From a virus (Duplodnaviria > Caudoviricetes), in IMG/VR virus record IMGVR_UViG_3300028025_003604, positions 1,923 through 65,922 of that record: 64,000 bases of DNA. One strand, 5' to 3'. Made by a program: the position numbers and the translations under genes. Under the pieces are notes generated by a model. It worked only from the letters and a program-made list of their open reading frames with translations. It had not been told where the DNA came from and searched no databases. Of the stretch, positions 1 to 6,624 are shown one piece after another (the stretch's first letter is position 1; each line of letters starts with the position of its first letter).

Positions 1-290
1 AGAGAGGGTAAAAGACACCCTGAATTATCAATACAATTGAATACATATATCTGCTCCTAGATTCAGAGCCTTCTGAACAAGGCTTCGCCTAAAAGCACTT
101 GTATAAGAACAAGCACCCTTAAGCGAATATCTGCTCCCGAGTTCTTCACCCACGTCACGCAGCTCTAGTTACCTAGCAGGGAGTATGATCCCCGTCGCCC
201 CTCATGTCAGCTTAAACATTCCAGTCCTCTGGATAAACATAGCTCGGCCTTTTTTAACTGGTAGCCATCCCATGAGGTAGAACCAGAATG

Positions 291-298
291 CTAAATTA
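291..298 (-). promoter_or_regulatory. putative leftward Bacteroidota-type -7 promoter element (TAATTTAG)
   Basis: One mismatch to TAnnTTTG; points into the hairpin-rich noncoding region 1-280. Confidence 0.35.
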
Positions 299-325
299 CA
301 TCACCTATCTAATATAGGGTGCCAG

Positions 326-334
326 TTATCCACA
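326..334 (+). promoter_or_regulatory. DnaA box TTATCCACA
   Basis: Perfect match to the canonical 9-mer in intergenic DNA. Confidence 0.5.
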
Positions 335-385
335 GCATGGGAATAACACAATATAATAGAGAGAAAGCAGTTTTATATTTACATC

Positions 386-559
386 ATGAACGCCACAATA
401 GAATATATCGATCAGGAAGGAGCTATAATAGCTTCTGTGTATGGTTCAGTTGGCGAGTCGATATATCTGAACGAATCGGAACTAAGATGGATCTATGAGT
501 CTCTGAGGGCCCATTACAGCGATTGTGAAAAGACGGGGAAAACTGGACGTGAAAATTAA
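386..559 (+). CDS. small hypothetical protein (57 aa)
   Basis: Hand-translated ORF MNATIEYIDQEG...; below the ORF-track cutoff. Confidence 0.4.
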   Translation: MNATIEYIDQEGAIIASVYGSVGESIYLNESELRWIYESLRAHYSDCEKTGKTGREN

Positions 560-764
560 AGGGGGATGTGTGGTCGAGGAGGGTGGGTTATACCATATTT
601 CCGGTGGCCACCGACCCAAACGCGAACTCGAAAACGGCAACCGAGTGGGGGTCAAAAAGGCGATTTTGAATTCGAAAAAGGGCCTGCAAACTTACCCCGT
701 GTTAGTTGCCTGACAATCGGAAAACCAATGCAGGCTTACGTTTCAGCCATGGGGGTGTGGGAGT

Positions 765-784
765 GTGTCAGAAAATTGTGTCAG
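765..784 (+). repeat. tandem GTGTCAG-N6-GTGTCAG, same geometry as the repeat at 11391-11410
   Basis: GTGTCAG AAAATT GTGTCAG seen directly. Confidence 0.7.
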
Positions 785-886
785 TCAGGATAGAAAAAGG
801 AAACGAACTAGGGCCATTGCGGTATGGAATGTACGTACGTGTACGCGTAACCGCAGAATCCTAGTAACCCCCTTCCCCTTCCAACA

Positions 887-943
887 ATCCGTAAACCCTA
901 TCAATTACCATCCGTAAAACAACCCATAAATCAACCCGTAAAG
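887..943 (+). repeat. short direct repeats A(T/C)CC(G/A)TAAA x4 upstream of the wHTH gene
   Basis: ATCCGTAAA twice, ACCCATAAA, ACCCGTAAA. Confidence 0.5.
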
Positions 944-953
944 GAACCATCCG

Positions 954-1280
954 ATGAAGATAGAGAAGTACATATTCTGCCTGCCAAAAGCAATCCGGTT
1001 AGCATCCACCCGCACCGGTATATCTAGGCCATTGTACCCCACTGAACTCTTCCTCCTTTATGCCCTCAAGCGCCTACCTTCCCCGTGTACCCAATCACAC
1101 CTCCAAAGGTTCTGCGCTAACGTCTATAATCCGCTTACCCTTACCACCATCCACAAAGGTCTTATGTACCTCTTGGAGCAGGAACTCATCGATCGAAAAT
1201 TGAAGTCTTATTCTCTTTCCCCTCTTGGCAGAGAATACCTTTCACACATACGACAATATCTTATTAATGTCCGTCTCTAG
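954..1280 (+). CDS. winged-helix DNA-binding protein
   Basis: TIHKGLMYLLEQELI...YSLSPLGREYL is a typical wHTH recognition helix and wing. Confidence 0.6.
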   Translation: MKIEKYIFCLPKAIRLASTRTGISRPLYPTELFLLYALKRLPSPCTQSHLQRFCANVYNPLTLTTIHKGLMYLLEQELIDRKLKSYSLSPLGREYLSHIRQYLINVRL

Positions 1281-1390
1281 TCTCTTATATACTATGAGAA
1301 CTACTATACCCCCGAGCTGCCCACTTTTGGGCAATCAGGCCCGTTTTTAATCCTTTTCCTATTTCGTTTACCCAAGCACGTTAGTAAAAA

Positions 1391-1399
1391 TGTGGATAA
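1391..1399 (-). promoter_or_regulatory. DnaA box (TGTGGATAA on +)
   Basis: Perfect 9-mer ~75 bp upstream of the early promoter. Confidence 0.5.
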
Positions 1400-1472
1400 C
1401 TTTTTATCTCTTACTCTCCCAAGGGTTTGAGCCTGCTAAATCTGTTTAGCAGAGGCCTAATTTAAAAATTTA

Positions 1473-1505
1473 TTTGGAAGCGATTATCCATTGACGTTAG
1501 TTTTG
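1473..1505 (+). promoter_or_regulatory. Bacteroidota housekeeping-sigma early promoter
   Basis: -33 TTTG (1473-1476), 21-nt spacer, -7 TAGTTTTG (1498-1505). Confidence 0.75.
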
Positions 1506-1514
1506 TGTCTCAAT

Positions 1515-1546
1515 TCGGGGATGAAGTTTCCCGATGCTCTTTGAAA
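1515..1546 (+). promoter_or_regulatory. hairpin plus boxA-like antitermination element
   Basis: Hairpin TCGGGGA-TGAAGT-TTCCCGA followed by TGCTCTTTGAAA, resembling rrn boxA (TGCTCTTTAACA). Confidence 0.65.
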
Positions 1547-1694
1547 GGTTGGTTACTGAATTCTGCAAAACGGCAGTGGGAGTAAAGGTGCGACTAGCTT
1601 CGGCGTAAAGTCTAAATGGAACCACATAACAAAAGCCCTCGGGCAAGCCCTACCACACCATAGGCAATGAACAGGATTCGCCTACCACCTTTCG

Positions 1695-1705
1695 GTTCTT
1701 TGAAA
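1695..1705 (+). promoter_or_regulatory. second boxA-like element GTTCTTTGAAA
   Basis: Near-identical to the first copy; follows a stem closed by AAAGGTG/CACCTTT. Confidence 0.6.
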
Positions 1706-1935
1706 TTATCGGCGCGAAAGTTTTACATGCGATGCTCTTCACCGGAGCTAACGATGGACATCGGCCCTGCCCCTTACACGGGAGCAACCCACAAACAAGC
1801 AACACCCCGCTAACCACGGCCTAGTCACTTGCTACCCATCTTACCCCTTACATGTAACACGAGTAACCCACCCATCGCCTTCAGGTCTGATTTATCGTCC
1901 TGATGTTTAGCGTAGTCTTGAGGCTAATGGGTTGG

Positions 1936-1990
1936 ATGGTCTAGCGGTAATAACTCCCGCTACTGATGAGACGCAGAACGTCGAAACCAT
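1936..1990 (+). ncRNA. hammerhead ribozyme HH1 (type III)
   Basis: ATGGTC^TAGCGG-loop-CCGCTA CTGATGA GACG-CAGAA-CGTC GAAA CCAT; full core, three stems, GUC site at 1939-1941. Confidence 0.9.
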
Positions 1991-2001
1991 AATCATACAT
2001 C

Positions 2002-2175
2002 ATGAAAAACTTTATTTCAATCATCAAATTTTACTTATTAATCGCCTTGCTTAACCCATTCACCCTTGCCGGTTTAATTTCCGGCTGCCACGGGTTTACA
2101 TTCTTTGGCTTTGTGGTATCTGCCCTTGCTTGTAGTGTCTTCTTCCTAGGTGGAGGAGTTAAAGCGTTCAAATAA
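2002..2175 (+). CDS. small membrane protein (57 aa)
   Basis: Hand-translated MKNFISIIKFLLLIALLNPFTLAG...; two hydrophobic segments; lies between HH1 and HH2. Confidence 0.7.
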   Translation: MKNFISIIKFYLLIALLNPFTLAGLISGCHGFTFFGFVVSALACSVFFLGGGVKAFK

Positions 2176-2195
2176 TTCCCCCGAGCTGCTCACAA

Positions 2196-2247
2196 GATTA
2201 ACTGATGAGGGTTTAATACCCGAAACATCCTTCGGGATGTCTTAATC
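2196..2247 (+). ncRNA. hammerhead ribozyme HH2 (type I)
   Basis: GATTAA CTGATGA GGGT-TTAAT-ACCC GAAA CATCC-TTCG-GGATG TC^ TTAATC; cleavage after 2241. Confidence 0.95.
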
Positions 2248-2260
2248 AAAAAACACCACC

Positions 2261-2428
2261 ATGAAAGTTGAACTAAAAGAGAGAGAAGTATACGGAAAAG
2301 TGCTTCTGTACCCTAAAAACATTAACGCCTGCATTTTTGCTGATTTAATTGGCAAAAAGACATTCGACCAACTAGACCTCTTCCACATACAACAACTAGG
2401 ATACGAGGTTGAAATCATTAAACTATAA
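2261..2428 (+). CDS. small hypothetical phage protein (55 aa)
   Basis: Hand-translated MKVELKEREVYGKVLLYP...KTF...LGYEVEIIKL; A-rich leader. Confidence 0.75.
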   Translation: MKVELKEREVYGKVLLYPKNINACIFADLIGKKTFDQLDLFHIQQLGYEVEIIKL

Positions 2429-2438
2429 AAGCACTAAC

Positions 2439-2645
2439 ATGTACGCAAAATTATCAATGGTGATTGCATCACACCTAAGCGATGCGCAGCACGACTTTGA
2501 ATCAGGTAATGATAAGCACGGGCACTACCGCTTAAACTTCATCAAATTGCTAGTACTTCAAAACCAAAGTTTAGATAAAGAGGTCAATGAAGAGTATCTG
2601 TGGAAGGTATGGAAAGAGTGCGAAGTTGGGGCTCCAAAAGATTAA
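2439..2645 (+). CDS. hypothetical protein
   Basis: ORF 2409..2645, likely start MYAKLS at 2439; GAT-TAA end forms HH3 stem I. Confidence 0.75.
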   Translation: MYAKLSMVIASHLSDAQHDFESGNDKHGHYRLNFIKLLVLQNQSLDKEVNEEYLWKVWKECEVGAPKD

Positions 2646-2691
2646 CTGATGAGGATTCAATATCCGAAACCTGCTCCGGCAGGTCTTAATC
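2640..2691 (+). ncRNA. hammerhead ribozyme HH3 (type I)
   Basis: GATTAA CTGATGA GGAT-TCAAT-ATCC GAAA CCTGC-TCCG-GCAGG TC^ TTAATC; cleavage after 2685. Confidence 0.95.
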
Positions 2692-2705
2692 AAAAAAATT
2701 TTACC

Positions 2706-3044
2706 ATGGAAACCTTACAAATCAAAAAAATTACCGGCCTAACTGAACTTGAGAAAAAAGTATTAACTGCGCTAGTTGATGGCATGTATGCAGAATGGGG
2801 ATTCAGCGATGTTGGAGCTACCGACCTTTCTGAATCTACCGGCATACCAAATAAGTCTATTCGCGGCGTAATTGGTTCGCTAGTTAAGAAGGGTCTAGTT
2901 TATGTGGATGACCGCACTGACATGTGTGACTACCGCAGCAATGACCCTGCATGGGAGCCCATCATATACCTGCAAAACGATGCCGAAGCATTGGTACCTA
3001 ATTGGCAAGAGCAGATAGGCTTCAAATCTGTTATCGAAGATTAA
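2706..3044 (+). CDS. winged-helix DNA-binding protein
   Basis: Start METLQ at 2706; LTELEKKVL...DLSESTGIPNKSIRGVIGSLVKKGLV HTH pattern. Confidence 0.7.
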   Translation: METLQIKKITGLTELEKKVLTALVDGMYAEWGFSDVGATDLSESTGIPNKSIRGVIGSLVKKGLVYVDDRTDMCDYRSNDPAWEPIIYLQNDAEALVPNWQEQIGFKSVIED

Positions 3045-3088
3045 CTGATGAGACTTAATTAGTCGAAACGCCTTCGGGCGTCTTAATC
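3039..3088 (+). ncRNA. hammerhead ribozyme HH4 (type I)
   Basis: GATTAA CTGATGA GACT-TAATT-AGTC GAAA CGCC-TTCG-GGCG TC^ TTAATC; cleavage after 3082. Confidence 0.95.
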
Positions 3089-3101
3089 AAAATCCAATCC
3101 C

Positions 3102-3338
3102 ATGAATGTTATTTTAGTCTCTCGAGACGGCATACTAGATACGCCGGTACTCGTGAAGCAGAACACCACGGCAGAAGCCACCTTTGAATCCATTGTTCGC
3201 GACCTCCTAGGTGAAGACGCCGATGATATAAACTTCTTTTGCGATACTGCCATCGATAAGGTTAACAACTACCTCAAGCCTTCCGGTATCACCATCTCTT
3301 GGTTTGTCGATATTGACGTAAACAACTATAAAAACTAA
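3102..3338 (+). CDS. hypothetical protein
   Basis: ORF with A/C-rich leader directly after HH4. Confidence 0.75.
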   Translation: MNVILVSRDGILDTPVLVKQNTTAEATFESIVRDLLGEDADDINFFCDTAIDKVNNYLKPSGITISWFVDIDVNNYKN

Positions 3339-3341
3339 ATC

Positions 3342-3413
3342 ATGAAAAGCACAACTACCGCTATCATCATTGTCATTGTCTTCTTGTTAATCACCCTAGC
3401 AGATAACATATGA
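3342..3413 (+). CDS. 23-aa hydrophobic peptide
   Basis: MKSTTTAIIIVIVFLLITLADNI; ATGA overlap with the next ORF. Confidence 0.45.
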   Translation: MKSTTTAIIIVIVFLLITLADNI

Positions 3414-3574
3414 GAAAAGTATATTTTTTCAGCTATCAACTAGCTGATGGGAACGAAATACTCTGCGCTATTAAGACTTGCATATATCCTGAACGGACCA
3501 AAATATGGAAGCGCCTCTTAACCCTTGTTATTAACAGAGAGGACGTAGTAAGTATTAAGTACTCCCTAGAATAG
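3410..3574 (+). CDS. small hypothetical protein (54 aa)
   Basis: Hand-translated MRKVYFFSYQLADG...; fills the gap. Confidence 0.55.
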   Translation: MRKVYFFSYQLADGNEILCAIKTCIYPERTKIWKRLLTLVINREDVVSIKYSLE

Positions 3575-3585
3575 TTTACCCCCGA

Positions 3586-3629
3586 ACTGCCCCCATACCG
3601 ATGGCATCCGGTTCGTGACCGGAGGCAGT
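3586..3629 (+). ncRNA. mini tRNA-like element E1
   Basis: ACTGCC/GGCAGT closing stem, small hairpin CCAT-ACCG-ATGG, T-arm-like TCCGG-TTCGTGA-CCGGA. Confidence 0.65.
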
Positions 3630-3650
3630 CCTAATCAAAATCCAAACCAC

Positions 3651-3917
3651 ATGAACTATCAACAAATCAAAGCCGCTCAGAAGGAGCAGGGCTACGACCA
3701 ATGGCAACACATCATCAACACCGGCCATGCATGGAAGACGGAGGGCGCTATAGGACGCGAGGCAATGCACTTGCTAGAATCCGGCGCATGTATGCTTCCC
3801 AAGACTGCCTTCCAAGACTACTATGGCAACAGAATCCCATCACGTGACGACCTCAAGGCCGGAACTAAAGGGACCTTCCAAAACTCAGTAAACTATTACA
3901 CTAACAATGCTTGGTAA
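3651..3917 (+). CDS. hypothetical phage protein
   Basis: Start MNYQQ at 3651; GHAWKTEGAIGREAMHLLESGAC. Confidence 0.75.
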   Translation: MNYQQIKAAQKEQGYDQWQHIINTGHAWKTEGAIGREAMHLLESGACMLPKTAFQDYYGNRIPSRDDLKAGTKGTFQNSVNYYTNNAW

Positions 3918-3937
3918 CAGGCGCAACTATTAACACT

Positions 3938-4150
3938 ATGGAAAAAGTAACCTTCGAATTTCACCCCTACGTCCAAGACTCTTGGGATTGCATGATTTCA
4001 ATTCACAGAGGGAACGAACTTGTTGTTCAGTACAAATTTCAGGCGCACATTATTGATGGGGATATTCAATTTGACCTTGACCCAGAATATGCTTACAACC
4101 CGCCTCAACGATACCTATCATTTATCACTTCAACCTTATTAAATCGATAA
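3938..4150 (+). CDS. hypothetical protein
   Basis: Likely start MEKVTF. Confidence 0.65.
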   Translation: MEKVTFEFHPYVQDSWDCMISIHRGNELVVQYKFQAHIIDGDIQFDLDPEYAYNPPQRYLSFITSTLLNR

Positions 4151-4154
4151 CACT

Positions 4155-4382
4155 ATGAAAAAGAATCTAACCGCAGAAATGCTATTAAACGAATTGCTTG
4201 ATATGAAAGCAAAGCACTACGACCTGTCTAAAATTGAACTAAGCTATCGTTTCGACCCTGATAGTGACGTAGAACCAATCACCTATGTTGGTGAAGGTCT
4301 CTTCGATGCAGATACTAACAATGTTCTAGAAGAACTTGTATTTATGACCGATGCGTCTGAATACGAAGGAGAGGGAATATAA
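4155..4382 (+). CDS. acidic hypothetical protein
   Basis: ORF in operon context. Confidence 0.7.
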   Translation: MKKNLTAEMLLNELLDMKAKHYDLSKIELSYRFDPDSDVEPITYVGEGLFDADTNNVLEELVFMTDASEYEGEGI

Positions 4383-4391
4383 CCTCCACCC

Positions 4392-4432
4392 AACCTACCG
4401 CCATGGGCGTGGGCTTCGATGCCGAGTAGGTT
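4392..4432 (+). ncRNA. mini tRNA-like element E2 (imperfect)
   Basis: AACCTAC/GTAGGTT 7-bp stem, CGCC-ATG-GGCG hairpin, GGC-TTCGAT-GCC T-like hairpin. Confidence 0.55.
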
Positions 4433-4452
4433 CTCATCAAAACTCAAACAAC

Positions 4453-4614
4453 ATGCAACAACAAGCATCAAAAACACGTAGCCACTTTGTACTATCTCTA
4501 GCTAAAAGTTTCTTAAGAGCCGGAGCATGTGTATGGCTTTACCTAGGCGACTATCAAGTAGCTGCCGGACTATTCTTAATCGCCGAAACCTTCGGTATTC
4601 TAGAAGAACTTTAA
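4453..4614 (+). CDS. small membrane protein
   Basis: Start MQQQASK; HFVLSLAKSFLR...LIAETFGILEEL. Confidence 0.7.
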   Translation: MQQQASKTRSHFVLSLAKSFLRAGACVWLYLGDYQVAAGLFLIAETFGILEEL

Positions 4615-4624
4615 AAACTAAATC

Positions 4625-4819
4625 ATGAGAAACAGAATCCACCCACCAATCTACTCTGTCAAGCCTAGTGGCCTAATCATCAAGCGCTGCAATAAACTGA
4701 GCGCATATGCAAGAAGGATGGAAGTATTGAAGGAACTCGGACTCGACGTAAAGGAATACGCCAAAGAGTGCAAGCTAAGGTCCTTATTCAGGATGCAGGC
4801 TGCAGGTCTTCTAGCATAA
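4625..4819 (+). CDS. hypothetical protein
   Basis: ORF in operon context. Confidence 0.65.
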   Translation: MRNRIHPPIYSVKPSGLIIKRCNKLSAYARRMEVLKELGLDVKEYAKECKLRSLFRMQAAGLLA

Positions 4820-4826
4820 TACCCCC

Positions 4827-4872
4827 GAGCTAGTAGGAATGACCGAAACCGGAGCGATACCGGTACTAGCTC
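4827..4872 (+). ncRNA. mini tRNA-like element E3
   Basis: GAGCTAGT/ACTAGCTC stem, linker, ACCGG-AGCGATA-CCGGT 5-bp stem with 7-nt loop abutting the closing strand. Confidence 0.7.
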
Positions 4873-4890
4873 CTCATTAAAACCTCAAAC

Positions 4891-5112
4891 ATGGATTACC
4901 CTTTAGAACTAAAAAAATATCTAGCTAGTAAGATGGCTAAGGTAGATGTTGAATGCATGGGAGTAGACTTCCAACAAGCATATGAATACCATTTAGCCAA
5001 CGACCCATTTACCCTCCTTGAATATTGGGCCGAATACTTCGGAGCATTTGACGACATGGGCGAAAACTTATTCATGGAGCTAAGCCCTGAGTCTATAGCA
5101 AAAAATAAATAA
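4891..5112 (+). CDS. hypothetical protein
   Basis: ORF directly after E3. Confidence 0.7.
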   Translation: MDYPLELKKYLASKMAKVDVECMGVDFQQAYEYHLANDPFTLLEYWAEYFGAFDDMGENLFMELSPESIAKNK

Positions 5113-5124
5113 GATAGTCCCCCG

Positions 5125-5168
5125 AACTGCGAGGTATGACCGAAGTAGGAGCGAAACCTACCGCAGTT
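5125..5168 (+). ncRNA. mini tRNA-like element E4
   Basis: AACTGCG/CGCAGTT 7 bp, GGT-ATG-ACC, GTAGG-AGCGAAA-CCTAC. Confidence 0.7.
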
Positions 5169-5212
5169 GCTAATCAAAAACTCAAGAGCGAGAGTCCAAA
5201 CGCACCAAACCT

Positions 5213-5557
5213 ATGTCAACTACTACAACATCAACCTTACAGATGCACGTCTTCACATTAGACAACGCACTAAGCTACCTGAAAGAAAATTTACAAACAG
5301 ACACAGACTTCAGCGGTGATAATGGCCCTGAGTTTCTAGATGATGACGCCGATGGATACGATTCAAATTTAGAGTACTACCTAGAAATGTTTTGGTCGAA
5401 GCACAAGCCGAAAGATGAAAAGACCCTGAATAATTTCTTCTTAAAGTTTTTTCAGTTCATGCAGAAGAGGGACCAATACTATTCAAACATTGAGTTCGAC
5501 CTTAAGTTTATTGGCGACCAAATAGTTTTAGCAGTGATGATGGAATGTGATTGCTAG
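5213..5557 (+). CDS. acidic hypothetical protein
   Basis: ORF with AAACCTATG leader. Confidence 0.7.
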   Translation: MSTTTTSTLQMHVFTLDNALSYLKENLQTDTDFSGDNGPEFLDDDADGYDSNLEYYLEMFWSKHKPKDEKTLNNFFLKFFQFMQKRDQYYSNIEFDLKFIGDQIVLAVMMECDC

Positions 5558-5564
5558 AACCCCT

Positions 5565-5608
5565 GAGCCGAGAGAGTGGATAAGGCAGAGCGATACTGCC
5601 CTCGGTTC
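5565..5608 (+). ncRNA. mini tRNA-like element E5
   Basis: GAGCCGAG/CTCGGTTC, D-loop-like linker AGAGTGGATAA, GGCAG-AGCGATA-CTGCC. Confidence 0.7.
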
Positions 5609-5623
5609 CTAAATCCCAAACCT

Positions 5624-6169
5624 ATGAGCCTACAAGACGCGGTAATCACCGCAGAAAAAAATGGTGGAGTCTCTTACAACCTTCACCATGGGTACATGAA
5701 TCCTGAGACCGGATACATGGTATCCCTAGCAGGAAGAGAGAGGCAGTCGCCATCACTCACCTATCACAACGTCCTCGGTTTTGTAAACGACAACATTGAA
5801 GCATTCGAGCCCACAACCTTCTTAGGCCTATGGCAGGAAGAAGGGACGTGGATAATGGATGTGTCTTTATGCATCCCGACACTAGCGACTGCGCTGCGGG
5901 TTGCGGAATCAAATGGCCAACGTGCCATCTACGACAATGCTAACAAAAAATCTATATACCTAAACCCTAACCGCATGGAAGAGCTAATCGAACAAATCAA
6001 GCAGCATGACTTTTGGTACATGATGTCCGAAGACTCAAGAGTATTTGACCAAGGTAAAGAGACCCAGAAATCGATCGAAGAGGGGCTTAAAAATTACCCT
6101 AAAGAAGAGGTCCTGAATAATCTACCCGAACACCTTCACGAATTTATAAAATCTATCTATGGCGCATAA
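5624..6169 (+). CDS. two-domain early protein; N-terminal domain possibly SAM-lyase-like
   Basis: Start MSLQDA; GYMVS...GLW...DVS...A...Q.AIYD pattern; second domain begins at in-frame ATG 5975. Confidence 0.55.
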   Translation: MSLQDAVITAEKNGGVSYNLHHGYMNPETGYMVSLAGRERQSPSLTYHNVLGFVNDNIEAFEPTTFLGLWQEEGTWIMDVSLCIPTLATALRVAESNGQRAIYDNANKKSIYLNPNRMEELIEQIKQHDFWYMMSEDSRVFDQGKETQKSIEEGLKNYPKEEVLNNLPEHLHEFIKSIYGA

Positions 6170-6377
6170 ACTAACAGGCGTAGAGCTCTACAATAGCGAG
6201 CTCAAGCGCAAGACAAAAGTATACGACGTTGCAAACAAAAAACTAATCGCTGAATTCGAAAGCGTGTGGGCTGCCTCCAACTACACCGGAGTCAAATGTA
6301 GTTACATCACCCAGTGTATGAGTAAGAAGTACCGCTCACATACAAATCGCCTAGGCATAACAATCACCTTCAGATGA
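6159..6377 (+). CDS. stand-alone NUMOD1-like DNA-binding protein
   Basis: VYD...LIAEFESVWAASNYTGV...ITQC motif. Confidence 0.65.
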   Translation: MAHKLTGVELYNSELKRKTKVYDVANKKLIAEFESVWAASNYTGVKCSYITQCMSKKYRSHTNRLGITITFR

Positions 6378-6462
6378 TAACACTACTAATCGTTCCTATT
6401 GCACTTGCTATCCTTATTGGTAACAATGCACTTAGTCCTGAATCTAATTTAGACTAACCCCC

Positions 6463-6509
6463 GAACCGGAAACCTAACGAGGTTATGGTATTCGCTCTAC
6501 CTCCGGTTC
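6463..6509 (+). ncRNA. mini tRNA-like element E6
   Basis: GAACCGGA/TCCGGTTC, AACCT-AACG-AGGTT, GGTA-TTCGCTC-TACC. Confidence 0.6.
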
Positions 6510-6522
6510 CTAAACCTACTTT

Positions 6523-6624
6523 ATGAAAAAGTTTAATTGGACCTTCTTAATTGCATGGACAACTATCCTCACCATAACATACATGTTGTGGTCATTCATC
6601 TTTAAACTAATATCCTACATATGA
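6523..6624 (+). CDS. 33-aa membrane peptide
   Basis: MKKFNWTFLIAWTTILTITYMLWSFIFKLISYI; ATGA overlap with the next gene. Confidence 0.5.
   Translation: MKKFNWTFLIAWTTILTITYMLWSFIFKLISYI

Noticed and set aside
525-793. ORFs 525..713 and 566..793
   Set aside because: Overlapping, atypical composition, no leader; the region looks regulatory
1900-1910. CTGATG at ~1900, ~11500 and minus-strand CTGATGA at ~11294, 25777, 54001 as additional hammerheads
   Set aside because: No stem II + GAAA + cleavage-triplet arrangement found around them
2649-2705. N-terminal extensions given by the ORF track (2649, 3615, 4351, 5576, 9171, 51108)
   Set aside because: They run through structured RNA elements, upstream genes or promoters; downstream ATGs have typical leaders
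2196-3088. GATTAACTGATGAG...GTCTTAATCAAAA repeats as a CRISPR array
   Set aside because: Copies are separated by whole genes of unequal length, no cas genes are present, and the repeats are explained as hammerhead ribozymes
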